From the NCBI GenBank assembly GCA_003482855.1, contig DMXO01000005.1, positions 227,719 through 291,718 on the forward strand: a stretch of DNA of 64,000 nt, read 5' to 3'. Source of the stretch: Candidatus Magasanikiibacteriota bacterium. Lineage in GTDB: Bacteria; Patescibacteriota; Patescibacteriia; Magasanikbacterales; UBA922. Position 1 is the first letter of the stretch, and each line of letters begins with the position of its first letter. The position numbers and the translations under genes were made by a program. The notes beneath the pieces are model-generated. The model did not search any database, was not told the origin of the DNA, and was given only the letters and a program-made list of their open reading frames with translations. Below, one piece after another: positions 1 through 9,870 of this stretch.

Positions 1-48
1 TTACTTTTTCATTTACTTTTTCTCTTGTTTCAAGTAAAATATAGCCAT

Positions 49-1479
49 ATGTCGAGTTCTGTAGCCAAAAATACAGCGTTTATGACTGTCGCTTCTATAT
101 TGCAAAAGGTGATTTCTTTTGGATATTTTGCAATTATCGCGCGAAACATCGGTGCTGAAGATACGGGAAAATATTTTTTTGCGTTGTCTTTTACGACTAT
201 ATTTGTTGTCTTTGTTGACTTGGGACTTACCAATGTATTGGTGCGTGAGGGGGCTAAAATAAAAGAAAAAATTCAAGATTATTTTTCTACTATCTTGTTT
301 GCAAAATTTCTTTTGGGCATCATCACATACATAGTTGCTATCATAGTCATTAATGTCATGGGTTATTCATCTGAGACACGGTATCTCGTATATATTTCCG
401 GTATTACCATGCTCCTTGATTCGTTTCATCTATCTATGTATGGTACATTGCGCGCCTTGGGTAATCTGAAGTATGAGGCTATAGGTATTGTGGGGAGTCA
501 ACTCGTGACATGTATACTTGGGTCATTGTTTTTGTGGATGAAATTACCTCTTGTATATCTCATGGTTGCCTTCTTTGCTTCGAGCGCATTGAATGTGCTT
601 TTTGCGTATATTATTGTGCATCATGTCTATCATATTCGCGTCCGCTTACAGTATGACAAAGCTGTTTTGAAATACATTGTTCCTATTGTTATTCCCTTTG
701 CACTTGCAGGTATTTTTGGCAGAGTCTACTCGTACATAGATTCTATTTTGTTGTCAAAATTGGCAGGGGACACTGTCGTAGGGTGGTACAGTATTCCTTA
801 CAAAATTACCTATGCCTTTCAATTCATACCCATGGCGCTTGTCGCAGCATTGTATCCACGTTTTAGTGAATATTTTATACATGACAAAGAAAAATTACAT
901 TACGTGTTTCATCAAGGTATAAAATATTTGTTACTAGTGTCATTGCCGCTTGCGGTAGGTATATCTCTTTTATCACGAGATCTTGTATTATTTTTGTTTA
1001 CCCATGAATATATCAATTCTATTGTACCCCTAGAGATTTTGATGATCGGCATGGTATTTGGATATCTCAATTTTCATATAGGTGCTTTGCTCAACGCTTG
1101 TAACAAACAAGTCACTCAAACTGTGCTTGTCGGGATCGTCATGGTAGTAAATATAGTACTCAATATTGTCCTTATACCTCGTTATGGAGCCACAGGAGCT
1201 GCTTTTGCAGCCGTTTTGGGTAATGTAGGGCTTATGAGTATGAGTTTGTTTATTGTTCCAAAAATCATCGCATTTAATTTCAATTTTTTATTATCAACAA
1301 TCGTACGTCTTGGATTCTCTGTGACAATCATGGGTGCTATAGTGTGGTATACTAATATGTACATAGGCCTTATACCTGCTATCTTGGCAGGCGTTGTGTC
1401 ATATATGGGTATGCTATTTATTGTACGGGCAGTGAAAAGTACTCAAATCAAAGAAATGTTATACCTTATTAGAAAGTAA
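49..1479 (+). CDS. Wzx/MOP-family polysaccharide flippase
   Basis: About 12-14 TM segments; N-terminal 'VAKNTAFMTVASILQK' and 'DLGL' motifs; beside a glycosyltransferase. Start placed at ATG 49 rather than TTG 25. Confidence 0.88.
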   Translation: MSSSVAKNTAFMTVASILQKVISFGYFAIIARNIGAEDTGKYFFALSFTTIFVVFVDLGLTNVLVREGAKIKEKIQDYFSTILFAKFLLGIITYIVAIIVINVMGYSSETRYLVYISGITMLLDSFHLSMYGTLRALGNLKYEAIGIVGSQLVTCILGSLFLWMKLPLVYLMVAFFASSALNVLFAYIIVHHVYHIRVRLQYDKAVLKYIVPIVIPFALAGIFGRVYSYIDSILLSKLAGDTVVGWYSIPYKITYAFQFIPMALVAALYPRFSEYFIHDKEKLHYVFHQGIKYLLLVSLPLAVGISLLSRDLVLFLFTHEYINSIVPLEILMIGMVFGYLNFHIGALLNACNKQVTQTVLVGIVMVVNIVLNIVLIPRYGATGAAFAAVLGNVGLMSMSLFIVPKIIAFNFNFLLSTIVRLGFSVTIMGAIVWYTNMYIGLIPAILAGVVSYMGMLFIVRAVKSTQIKEMLYLIRK

Positions 1480-1484
1480 TACAT

Positions 1485-2642
1485 ATGAAAAAAATTCTTA
1501 TCACCACACTTGAATATCCGCCCCAAATAGGTGGTATTGCGACGTATGTGCATCAAATGGCTCAAGCTCTTGATACAGAAAAAGTAGTGGTTCTTGCTCC
1601 AAAAATGAAAGGGGATAAGGAGTGGGATGAACAAGTGAAATACAAAGTGATTCGCAAAAATCAATTATTTCCCAAATTTATTTGGCCTCGCTGGATAAAA
1701 GTTATTTTTCAAATACGCAAAATTGTAAAGCAAGAGGGGATTGAAATAATTCTGATTAATCATGTATTACCTATTGGCTATGCCGGATGGTTTATCAAAA
1801 AAATGTTCAAAGTTCCTTATATTATTGTTTCTCATGGTACTGACATACTCATGGGCACACGCAATGCATGGAAGACGAACATGATGAAAAAAGTTGTCAC
1901 TCTAGCTGAACAGATTATTTTCAATAGTGAGTCGTTGAGACGACATTTTCTTCGTGTACTTCCTGAATTTGAGAACAAATCAACGGTTTCATATCCATGT
2001 CCGGACAAAGATTTACTCATACCCCCACTGTCAGAAAAAGTAGATAGTTTGCGTCGTATGCTCGCGCTTGAGGGCAAAAAAGTAATGCTCACCGTGTCGC
2101 GTATGGATGAAGGCAAGGGATTCCCTCATTTGGTACGTGCTTTGCCTGCCATATTGAAGAGTGAGCCCCATGCTGTGTGGGTGATTATAGGAGATGGCCC
2201 CAAACGAAAGGAAATTTTGGATGATATACAAAAACATAGTTTACAAAATGTTGTCCGCTATATCGGAGAAGTACCCCATCAAGATCTAAAAACGTATTAT
2301 TACTTGGCAGACTTGTTTGTTTTATTTACCCATCCTGATGAAGGTAGAGAAGAAGGTCTTGGATTAGTATTTTTGGAAGCAGCGGCAGCTGGGTTGCCTG
2401 TTGTGGCAGGCAAGAGTGGCGGCGTAGAGGAGGCAGTAGTGCACACGCAGACAGGTGTTATTATAGATATAAGGCAACAAGCTATGGCTATGAGTGATTC
2501 TATAGTCGCATTGTTGCACAATGGAGATTATGCCTCTCAACTAGGGCAACAGGCACGAGCGCGTATCGAGTCTGACTTTAGGTGGGATCATCAATTGCAA
2601 AAGCTAGAGCCGTGGATTGGTAATATCAATTTTCAACAATAA
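1485..2642 (+). CDS. GT4-family glycosyltransferase
   Basis: 'EYPPQIGGIATY' and 'EGLGLVFLEAAAAGLPVV' (EX7E) motifs. Confidence 0.93.
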   Translation: MKKILITTLEYPPQIGGIATYVHQMAQALDTEKVVVLAPKMKGDKEWDEQVKYKVIRKNQLFPKFIWPRWIKVIFQIRKIVKQEGIEIILINHVLPIGYAGWFIKKMFKVPYIIVSHGTDILMGTRNAWKTNMMKKVVTLAEQIIFNSESLRRHFLRVLPEFENKSTVSYPCPDKDLLIPPLSEKVDSLRRMLALEGKKVMLTVSRMDEGKGFPHLVRALPAILKSEPHAVWVIIGDGPKRKEILDDIQKHSLQNVVRYIGEVPHQDLKTYYYLADLFVLFTHPDEGREEGLGLVFLEAAAAGLPVVAGKSGGVEEAVVHTQTGVIIDIRQQAMAMSDSIVALLHNGDYASQLGQQARARIESDFRWDHQLQKLEPWIGNINFQQ

Positions 2643-3265
2643 TGTATATGAAAGATATCCAACTTAAAGAGCACGAGCGAATCGTAGATGAAGTACGACA
2701 ATATGGACTGACTACTATATGGTCATGGATAGGAGGTATATTGTTGTTATTTTTGGCTGCTTTTTTTATGTTTTGGCTATTTCAACATGCGTGGTGGGGC
2801 CAGAGTTTATTTGGGTTGTTAGTTTTTTTTGGTTTTTTTGTTATGCTACGTACATATATGCTGTGGAAGAAAAATGTCTTTTTTATCACGACCCATCGGC
2901 TCATAGATATAGAACAACAGGGTTTTTTTCATCGGGTTGTATCTGAAATTCCGTATGACCAGATAGAGGATGTATCAGGGAAGGTGAGTGGAATATGCGG
3001 AACTATATTTCGATATGGGGATGTGCATATACAGACAGGGAATGGCAAAATAAAAATTATTGTTCCATACATAAAACGTCCTCTCCAGCTCCAACAACAG
3101 ATCAATGAAATGCGTGAACGCTATATATCAAAATACTCACATGATTTTAGTGGGGATGTCGCAGAAGTGGTTATTGATAAATTATACGAACTCGAATTAT
3201 CAGATTTGAGGCGTGTTCAGAAAGTATTAGACAAGAGAATTGAAAAATTGAATATTGAGAAGTAG
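2642..3265 (+). CDS. Membrane protein with bacterial PH (bPH_2-like) domain
   Basis: Two TM helices, then 'ITTHRLIDIEQQGFF..I.YDQIEDV...IFRYGDVHIQT'. Confidence 0.75.
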   Translation: MYMKDIQLKEHERIVDEVRQYGLTTIWSWIGGILLLFLAAFFMFWLFQHAWWGQSLFGLLVFFGFFVMLRTYMLWKKNVFFITTHRLIDIEQQGFFHRVVSEIPYDQIEDVSGKVSGICGTIFRYGDVHIQTGNGKIKIIVPYIKRPLQLQQQINEMRERYISKYSHDFSGDVAEVVIDKLYELELSDLRRVQKVLDKRIEKLNIEK

Positions 3266-3353
3266 TTAAATATAAGCACTGTCACGGCGCTTGAAATTCC
3301 GTCGCTCGCCCTAGATGCAAGTAAACTTGCGCCTGTGGGCTCGCTAGGAATTA

Positions 3354-3390
3354 TAAAAAATCCACCCCGTATATTCAGGGTGGTTTTTAT
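3354..3390. terminator. Bidirectional intrinsic terminator
   Basis: AAAAATCCACCC-loop-GGGTGGTTTTT between convergent ORFs. Confidence 0.65.
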
Positions 3391-3461
3391 ATTGGAGTGG
3401 CATCGTTTGGAAGACGGCGGAGTACGATGCTCACTCCGTTTCCGGGTTTGTGTTTGCCGAA

Positions 3462-3674
3462 TCACGCGATCTCCTCGCTGAGGTGGTAGACGTGAATTTG
3501 GCGATGATCGTGCGTTCCCCCGAGGATACCGGTCCACTCGAGGGTGTGCCTGTCCATGAATTCCCTGACCGAGATGGGGTCGTTTGACCTGATCTCGGTT
3601 GAGATTTCGTGGCACGCACCACAACCGCAACACCTTACCCGGAACCTGAGGTGGTAGACAAACCACCCTTTCAT
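3462..3674 (-). CDS. Small Cys/His-rich hypothetical protein (about 70 aa)
   Basis: MKGWFVYHLRFRVRCCGCGACHE...HDHRQIHVYHLSEEIA; visibly more GC-rich than its flanks. Confidence 0.45.
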   Translation of the reverse strand: MKGWFVYHLRFRVRCCGCGACHEISTEIRSNDPISVREFMDRHTLEWTGILGGTHDHRQIHVYHLSEEIA

Positions 3675-3759
3675 GAAACCCTCCGAAGATATTTGCCATA
3701 TCAATACTATAGACAAATAGAAGATATGTCAAATATTATTTTTGTGATATACTAATGTC

Positions 3760-4185
3760 ATGAAGCACGACCAACAATCATCCGTGAGGCGATTTTTTGC
3801 ATCGCGCACTTTTTTAATTATTGCACTTGCTGTCATGACAGTATTTGCTTTTGGATTTGCACGCGCTTATTACCAGGATTACAAAGTCAAAAGAGAAATA
3901 CGACAGCTTGAAGACGAACTTTCAAGACTTGAAAAAAGAAAGCTAGAGTCAGTAGAAATTTTGAAGTATGTGACGAGCAATACCTATGTAGAGGATGCTG
4001 CCCGCACAGAGCTCAATATGCAAGCTCCTGGGGAGCATGTAATTTTTCTTCAAGATACACAGGATAACAGCGCTATACAAGATAGTGTGGGAGAGGTTGC
4101 CATAGAAGATGGACAAAATATGCCAAATCCGGTAAAATGGTTCTATTATTTTATTCACAAACAGCCCCTCGAAGAGGAGCATTAA
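3760..4185 (+). CDS. ftsB: Septum formation initiator FtsB/DivIC family
   Basis: One TM helix, a coiled coil and 'YVEDAARTELNMQAPGEHV'. Confidence 0.82.
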   Translation: MKHDQQSSVRRFFASRTFLIIALAVMTVFAFGFARAYYQDYKVKREIRQLEDELSRLEKRKLESVEILKYVTSNTYVEDAARTELNMQAPGEHVIFLQDTQDNSAIQDSVGEVAIEDGQNMPNPVKWFYYFIHKQPLEEEH

Positions 4186-4198
4186 ACATTTTATTTTT

Positions 4199-5278
4199 AT
4201 GGAAAACGAAAATAAACCTATAGAAGAGGTGCAAGACCAGGGTGAAAAGAAGACCCCATCTTCACGCAACGCAGGTACTATGTTGTTGCTTGGACTGGTT
4301 GTTGCATTAATCGTTGGTGTTGGTGCTCTTTATTTTGTCGGAGTACGCGGTGTGAAGAGTCAATCCCAGACACCTGTTGTTATGAAGATTGCACAAGTCT
4401 TTCATTTGCCCATAGCAAAAGTAAATGGAGAAAGTGTTCTCTATACTGATTTCATAGATAATGTGCAAGCTATGCAACATTTTTATGATACTGATACAGA
4501 AAGTCTGCCTCGTCCTACAGATGAAGAGATGTCAGACTATGTATTGAGTCGTCTGATTATAAATAAATTGGTAGCAGATTCTGCAAAGGAGATGGATGTG
4601 ACATTGAGCCAGGAAGAAGTAGACAAAGTAGTCGATGAACAGATTTTACCTAATTTTGAAAATAGGGAGAAAGCAGAAGAAGAAATAAAAAATAGGTATG
4701 GTTGGTCGTTTGATACATTTGTCAATACTATTGTGCGCCCTACTGAGCTTGAGAAGAAATTATCTGAAACCTATGCTGCTGCTCATGAGCCTGATGATGA
4801 GACAACAAAGGCACAAGCGCAGAGTGTACTTGAACAAATCAAGAATGGCGGAGATTTTGAAGCGCTTGCGAAACAATATGGTTCTGACGGTACCAAAGAC
4901 CAAGGTGGAGATTTGGGTTGGTTTGGCAAGGGAGTCATGATTCCTGAATTTGAGGAGGTCGCTTTTGCTCTCGAAAAAGGTGAATTGAATTCAGAATTAG
5001 TAAAAACTGAATTTGGGTATCATATTATACGAGTGGACGACAAACGCATGACAGCAAATGAAGAGACAGGCGTTGAAGAGGAAGAAGTGAAGGCTCGTCA
5101 TATTTTGTTTCCGGTTGGTACAACAGGAGCAGACTTATTTCGCGATTATATGAATGGACAATTGAGCAAATCAAATATACAAGTCGCTGAAGGTATACAC
5201 AATCCGTTTGAAGAATTTTTTGCGCAACAACAAGCCCTAGAGTCTGGAGATACCCAAGAACAGAATCAGGACAAATAA
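4199..5278 (+). CDS. prsA: PrsA/SurA-like parvulin peptidyl-prolyl isomerase
   Basis: N-terminal anchor, SurA_N-like region, 'FEALAKQYGSD...GGDLGWF..G.MIPEFEEVAF...KTEFGYHII'. Confidence 0.9.
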   Translation: MENENKPIEEVQDQGEKKTPSSRNAGTMLLLGLVVALIVGVGALYFVGVRGVKSQSQTPVVMKIAQVFHLPIAKVNGESVLYTDFIDNVQAMQHFYDTDTESLPRPTDEEMSDYVLSRLIINKLVADSAKEMDVTLSQEEVDKVVDEQILPNFENREKAEEEIKNRYGWSFDTFVNTIVRPTELEKKLSETYAAAHEPDDETTKAQAQSVLEQIKNGGDFEALAKQYGSDGTKDQGGDLGWFGKGVMIPEFEEVAFALEKGELNSELVKTEFGYHIIRVDDKRMTANEETGVEEEEVKARHILFPVGTTGADLFRDYMNGQLSKSNIQVAEGIHNPFEEFFAQQQALESGDTQEQNQDK

Positions 5279-5289
5279 TTATAAGTAAT

Positions 5290-5321
5290 AAAATTTCCTT
5301 AGTGCATACTGAGGAAATTTT
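5290..5321 (+). terminator. Hairpin/terminator after prsA
   Basis: AAAATTTCCTTAG-TGCATA-CTGAGGAAATTTT inverted repeat. Confidence 0.55.
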
Positions 5322-5323
5322 AT

Positions 5324-5394
5324 GCGGGTATAGTATAATGGTAATATGTATCCTTCCCAAGGATAAGCCACGGGTTCGATTCCCGTTACCCGCT
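5324..5394 (+). tRNA. tRNA-Gly(CCC)
   Basis: Acceptor GCGGGTA/TACCCGC; anticodon arm TATCC-TTCCCAA-GGATA; T-loop GTTCGATTC; no encoded CCA. Confidence 0.95.
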
Positions 5395-5396
5395 CT

Positions 5397-5729
5397 ATGC
5401 TCAAAGACTCTCAATTTGTAAAAATAAAAGTTACTGTACCTTATGAAGCTTTTGAACGCGTACGCCATGCGCTGGGGGAAGCTGGGGCTGGGAGATTAGG
5501 GAATTATGACCATTGTTCATACTCATACCCTGTAAAAGGAAAATTTAGGCCTTTGGAGGGTGCTCACCCTGCCATTGGGGATGTTGGCAAACACGAAGAA
5601 GTAGATGAGATATGCATTGAATGTATTTGCCACAAAGATAAACTTCAGGGCGCTATTGAGGCATTACGAAGAACTCATCCGTATGAAGAGCCGGCGATTG
5701 ACATTCTTCCTCGTTATGAGATAGAATAG
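5397..5729 (+). CDS. NIF3/YqfO PII-like domain protein
   Basis: 'AGAGRLGNYDHCSY...G.FRPLEGAHPAIG...HPYEEPAID'. Confidence 0.85.
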   Translation: MLKDSQFVKIKVTVPYEAFERVRHALGEAGAGRLGNYDHCSYSYPVKGKFRPLEGAHPAIGDVGKHEEVDEICIECICHKDKLQGAIEALRRTHPYEEPAIDILPRYEIE

Positions 5730-5765
5730 TGGCCAACGCGGCCATTTTATGTTAATTTATTGTGT

Positions 5766-5836
5766 GCCCCTTTAGTTCAGTGGCAGAACGGTGGTATCGT
5801 AAACCACATACATCAGTTCGATTCTGGTAGGGGGCT
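5766..5836 (+). tRNA. tRNA-Thr(CGT)
   Basis: Acceptor GCCCCTT/AGGGGGC; anticodon arm GTGGT-ATCGTAA-ACCAC; T-loop GTTCGATTC. Confidence 0.93.
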
Positions 5837-5851
5837 CTGATGCGATGCATT

Positions 5852-5930
5852 TTCCGACATAAAGTCGGGATAAACTCCACGCGTAGATCATATATGGGTT
5901 TCCACCAAAGGCGGATCCACCTTGGATGGA
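5852..5930. repeat. Two REP-like palindromic elements
   Basis: TTCCGACATAAAGTCGGGA(TAAACTC) at 5852-5877 and TCCACCAAAGGCGGATCCACCTTGGATGGA at 5901-5930. Confidence 0.6.
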
Positions 5931-6009
5931 CGGATCCTCGCAGATGGCTCGAATTTATTGACAGGATATTGTATCCTGTTTTTTCATTTTATGATATACT
6001 GTTGATATT

Positions 6010-6690
6010 ATGATTGTCCTCAAAAATGTTTCAAAACAATATACGCGTGATAGCGTAGGGTTGAAAGAAGTCAACCTTCACATCGAAGCAGGTGAGTTTG
6101 TCTCTGTTGTTGGCCAAAGTGGCACTGGCAAGACAACAATGGTGAAGTTACTTATTGCAGAAGAGCACCCGACATCGGGTGTTGTTGAGGTTGGTGGATG
6201 GAATATTTCCAGTATCAAATCTCACGATATTCCATTGCTCCGTCGCCAGATAGGAGTTATTTTTCAGGATTTTAAATTATTGGCCAAGAAAACAGTAGAA
6301 GAAAATGTATCGTTTGCTTTGGAAGTAGCTGGTGAATCAAGAGCACGTATTAGACAAGTTGTGCCGCGTGTGTTGGATATTGTGGGCTTATCTCACAAAA
6401 ATGAAAGATATCCACATCAACTTTCTGGTGGAGAACAACAACGTGTTGCTATTGCTCGCTCTCTTGTCCATAGACCAAAAATTTTGGTAGCAGACGAGCC
6501 TACCGGGAATCTTGATTCTATCAATACTCAAGAGATTATAGAAATACTTAAAAAAATAAATGAATTTGGCACTACTATATTATTGGTTACACACAATAGG
6601 GAAGTAGTAAATCATCTCAAACGTCGTGTAGTGACGCTTCACGATGGGCGTGTCGTCTCTGACGAACATAAAGGAAAATACAGAATATGA
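6010..6690 (+). CDS. ftsE: Cell division ATP-binding protein FtsE
   Basis: Walker A GQSGTGKT; '[15 protein letters not shown]'; LSGGEQQR; DEPTGNLD; upstream of ftsX. Confidence 0.95.
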   Translation: MIVLKNVSKQYTRDSVGLKEVNLHIEAGEFVSVVGQSGTGKTTMVKLLIAEEHPTSGVVEVGGWNISSIKSHDIPLLRRQIGVIFQDFKLLAKKTVEENVSFALEVAGESRARIRQVVPRVLDIVGLSHKNERYPHQLSGGEQQRVAIARSLVHRPKILVADEPTGNLDSINTQEIIEILKKINEFGTTILLVTHNREVVNHLKRRVVTLHDGRVVSDEHKGKYRI

Positions 6691-7598
6691 TTTCTTCGTT
6701 GTTTCGTATTGTAAAATTTTCTCTCCAAGATATTGTGCGCAATATGAGTTTGTCGTTTATGACATTACTTATTTTGATTCTCATGTTGTTGTCCATCAAT
6801 ACGCTCATCGTCGTTCGCGTATTGACACAGGAATCTATACAGACAGTGAAAGAGCAGATTGATGTAAGTATTTATTTTCATCCAGAGTCGAGCGATGAAG
6901 AAATTAAAGAAGTGCGAGATTATATACATTCCTTTCCAGAAGTTACACAAGAGACATTTTTGACTAAAGAGCAAGTCCTTGAGAGCTTCAAGACGCATTA
7001 TGCTGACAATGAAGAAATCATTGCGTCTCTGAGTGAGTTGGATGAGAATCCTCTTGGTCCTACACTGGTCGTGAAAACGCGTGAGCCGAGAGACTATGAG
7101 AAGATTATAGACGCATTGAGCGTGCCTGAATATGAAAATATTATAGAAGCAAAGACATTTGGAGACACTCAGACAGCTATTGAAAGAATTCATGCTATTA
7201 CTACTCAGGTGGAGCGTTTTACTTATTTTTTGACGGGCTTATTCGCGATTATTGCATTTGTTATTATTTTCAATACTATACGCGTCGCTATATATACTCA
7301 ACGTGCAGAGATAGGTATCAAGCGTCTCGTTGGCGCTACCAATTGGTTTATTCGAGGTCCTTACTTTATTGAGTCATTGTTGTTTACGATCATAAGTGTC
7401 GCCTTGACGTATGGTTTGGTACATGTCGCTTTGTCATTTATTGATCCCTATATAGGCGTTATCTTTGGAGACCCTTCATTACTGACCAATTATTTCTATG
7501 GTCATATCATGACTATTTTGGGTATAGAATTTGGTGCAGTATTTTTACTTACTATTATTTCCAGTGGACTGGCTATGAGGAGATATTTGAGGACGTAA
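6687..7598 (+). CDS. ftsX: Cell division permease FtsX
   Basis: 'ENPLG'; 'IFNTIRVAIY..R.EI.I.RLVGAT.WFIRGPYFIE'. Confidence 0.93.
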   Translation: MISSLFRIVKFSLQDIVRNMSLSFMTLLILILMLLSINTLIVVRVLTQESIQTVKEQIDVSIYFHPESSDEEIKEVRDYIHSFPEVTQETFLTKEQVLESFKTHYADNEEIIASLSELDENPLGPTLVVKTREPRDYEKIIDALSVPEYENIIEAKTFGDTQTAIERIHAITTQVERFTYFLTGLFAIIAFVIIFNTIRVAIYTQRAEIGIKRLVGATNWFIRGPYFIESLLFTIISVALTYGLVHVALSFIDPYIGVIFGDPSLLTNYFYGHIMTILGIEFGAVFLLTIISSGLAMRRYLRT

Positions 7599-7624
7599 TT
7601 CATTATGATGATAATAGTATCAAT

Positions 7625-7646
7625 AACCTCCCTTGCGGAGGTTTTA
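7625..7646 (+). terminator. Intrinsic terminator after ftsX
   Basis: AACCTCC-CTTGC-GGAGGTT followed by T residues. Confidence 0.6.
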
Positions 7647-7660
7647 TATACAGATAAATA

Positions 7661-7689
7661 TTGACAAAAAAACATAATTTTTGTATTAT
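7661..7689 (+). promoter_or_regulatory. Sigma70-type promoter of tRNA-Gln
   Basis: TTGACA-17 nt-TATTAT just upstream of the tRNA. Confidence 0.65.
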
Positions 7690-7702
7690 ATTATCGCTAT
7701 AT

Positions 7703-7773
7703 TCGGGGATCGTCTAATGGTAGGACATCAGGTTTTGGTCCTGAGTATCGGGGTTCAAATCCCTGTCCCCGAG
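7703..7773 (+). tRNA. tRNA-Gln(TTG)
   Basis: Acceptor TCGGGGA/TCCCCGA; anticodon arm TCAGG-TTTTGGT-CCTGA; GTTCAAATC T-loop. Confidence 0.95.
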
Positions 7774-7796
7774 CCCAGTACCGTACGGTACTGGGC
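7773..7796. repeat. Perfect 24-bp palindrome at the tRNA-Gln 3' end
   Basis: GCCCAGTACCGTACGGTACTGGGC is its own reverse complement. Confidence 0.85.
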
Positions 7797-7911
7797 GAGC
7801 CACCAACTAGTGGTTTGCCTGGTATCTATGGAAATAAAAACATGGTATACTTTTACCATGTTTTTAAATTTTAAATTGTGCCTCAAATTAAAGAATGAAA
7901 AGTAATTTTTT

Positions 7912-8952
7912 ATGTCAAATATATTAATTGAAATAATTTTAATAGTCGTCCTAATCATTTTAAATGGTTATTTTTCGTTATCGGAAATAGCACTGTTAAG
8001 TGTCAAAAAAAGCCGTCTTAGACACCTCTCAAAACAAGGAAACATAAAAGCTCAAAATGCTTTATTTTTGACGCGCAAATCTTCAGAAATGCTTTCTGCT
8101 ATACAAATAGGGATTACAACAATTGGTATTTTGGCAGGTGCGTTTGGTGGGGCGACAGTTGCCGAGCATTTAGAAGTATATTTAATGCAATTTTCTTTTG
8201 TTTCCGCGTACAGTGGCGCGGTCAGCGTAACTATTGTTGTCATTATAATTACATACTTGTCATTGGTAATTGGTGAATTAGTGCCAAAACAGATGGCATT
8301 GTCGAATCCAGAAAAAAGGTCTTTGAAAGTTGCCGGCACCATAAAAATAGTAATGAAAATTTTTCGTCCTTTAGTAAAATTGCTTAGCTTGTCAACTGAC
8401 GGATTACTCAAATTATTTCGTATTGCTCCTACTTCTGAGCAGGTAGTTACTGAAGAAGAAATAAAACTTCTCATAGCCGAAGGCGCGGAAAGTGGTGTAT
8501 TTGAACGGTCAGAACAAAAAATGGTTGAAAGTATATTCCATTTAGGAAATCGTCCCATAAAACATTTCATGACACCAGGCAATGATGTGGTATGGCTAGA
8601 CATACATGATCCGATTGATGTGGTGAGAAAGAAAATTACAGGCAGTGATAGATCTGTTTTTCCTGTCTGTGATGGAAATATAGACAATAATATTGGGGCG
8701 ATTGAAACCAAAGATGTATTAAGTCATTTGTTTGACAATGGTTTGGAAAACATTGATTTAAAATCTTTGGTACAGCCAGTTATGCGTATTCACGCGGATG
8801 TGCCATCGCTTGTCGCTATAGAACGTCTTAAAAGGTCATCAATCAGTATTGTTCTTATTACTGACAACACAACAGGTAAAGTTGCAGGTATTATTAGTTT
8901 TCACGATATACTCGAAGCTATTGTGGGTGAGTTTAAAGGCGGACAAGAATAA
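7912..8952 (+). CDS. CNNM/DUF21 + CBS-pair protein (HlyC/CorC family)
   Basis: 'NGYFSLSEIAL', 'IQIGIT' and 'GELVPKQ' motifs, then a CBS pair ending 'DILEAIVGE'; no C-terminal CorC_HlyC domain. Confidence 0.9.
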   Translation: MSNILIEIILIVVLIILNGYFSLSEIALLSVKKSRLRHLSKQGNIKAQNALFLTRKSSEMLSAIQIGITTIGILAGAFGGATVAEHLEVYLMQFSFVSAYSGAVSVTIVVIIITYLSLVIGELVPKQMALSNPEKRSLKVAGTIKIVMKIFRPLVKLLSLSTDGLLKLFRIAPTSEQVVTEEEIKLLIAEGAESGVFERSEQKMVESIFHLGNRPIKHFMTPGNDVVWLDIHDPIDVVRKKITGSDRSVFPVCDGNIDNNIGAIETKDVLSHLFDNGLENIDLKSLVQPVMRIHADVPSLVAIERLKRSSISIVLITDNTTGKVAGIISFHDILEAIVGEFKGGQE

Positions 8953-9102
8953 AAAATTTATCTTGTGAGGTTTATCTAACCTTCACCAAAGCTATGGCGG
9001 ACAAGTTGCAATCATAAAGTGTTATTATAAACTAGCCTCTATCTAGCATACAAAATTATTATAATATAGTTTGTGCTAGTCTAGAGCAATAATAAATTTT
9101 CA

Positions 9103-9138
9103 AATAAAAAATACCGCCATTGGGTGGTATTTGTTTTG
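9103..9138. terminator. Bidirectional terminator
   Basis: A-run-ATACCGCC-ATTG-GGTGGTAT-T-run between convergent genes. Confidence 0.65.
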
Positions 9139-9165
9139 TGGATTTTGAGCGAATTACCGTTACTT

Positions 9166-9801
9166 TTATTTTTTTAGTCGTCTTACATACTTCACAATTT
9201 TTTCTAATTCGTTTGAAGCATTTTTTATATAGTTGTCCATTACTTTTTGCATCCTTTGTTTCAGTAGAGAATATTTTTTTTCATTTAGACTGTGTAAGTT
9301 CAAATCGTTTTTGTATAATATATCATGTTCTACTTCTGCCCATGCATGGTTGAGTATCAAGGCAAGCTGTATTTCGCATTCCAAATCTTTAAATTTTTTA
9401 TATTCGCTCAATCTAATTCTTTCATTCCCAAAATTGACAATAATATGAGTGGAACGGTACCCCGTCTTTTTTTCCGTTTCTTGTACAATAATTTTTTTGT
9501 CAAATTCATTTTTTAAACTATAAATGAATCGTTTACGTTCACTATCTGTATAAAATACCACTCGAATTCCAGCAATATCTTTGATGTCTGACAACCGTTT
9601 ATATATTTTGCCTCTCTGTCTTTTAGATTCAATTTTTTCTTTCAAACTATCGATCTCCTTAACCCGACTATTGAGATGATATTTATAATTGCCGGAATGA
9701 AGAATATTTTCAAGTAAAACATGGACAACATTACAGTATTCTGCATATAGGTTTCTTTTGATTCTATATTCAGCTAATATTTTTTTTAGATTTTTGTCCA
9801 T
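9166..9801 (-). CDS. RelA/SpoT-domain small alarmone synthetase-like protein
   Basis: 'SRVKEIDSLKEK', 'DIKDIAGIRVV', 'GYRSTH', 'EIQ...HAWAEVEHDILYK'. Confidence 0.88.
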   Translation of the reverse strand: MDKNLKKILAEYRIKRNLYAEYCNVVHVLLENILHSGNYKYHLNSRVKEIDSLKEKIESKRQRGKIYKRLSDIKDIAGIRVVFYTDSERKRFIYSLKNEFDKKIIVQETEKKTGYRSTHIIVNFGNERIRLSEYKKFKDLECEIQLALILNHAWAEVEHDILYKNDLNLHSLNEKKYSLLKQRMQKVMDNYIKNASNELEKIVKYVRRLKK

Positions 9802-9870
9802 AGTATGGTATGGTGAATTACAGTAGACGAGTTCTTACAACTTAGACTTGTTGACAATTGTTGTTTCTAA

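Noticed and set aside
5730-5757. dif-like site (TTATGTTAA XerD-like arm)
   Set aside because: There is no plausible XerC arm at the correct spacing.
7681-7958. ORF-track ORFs 7681-7905 (+) and 7755-7958 (-)
   Set aside because: They overlap tRNA-Gln and its palindrome and have no protein-like features.
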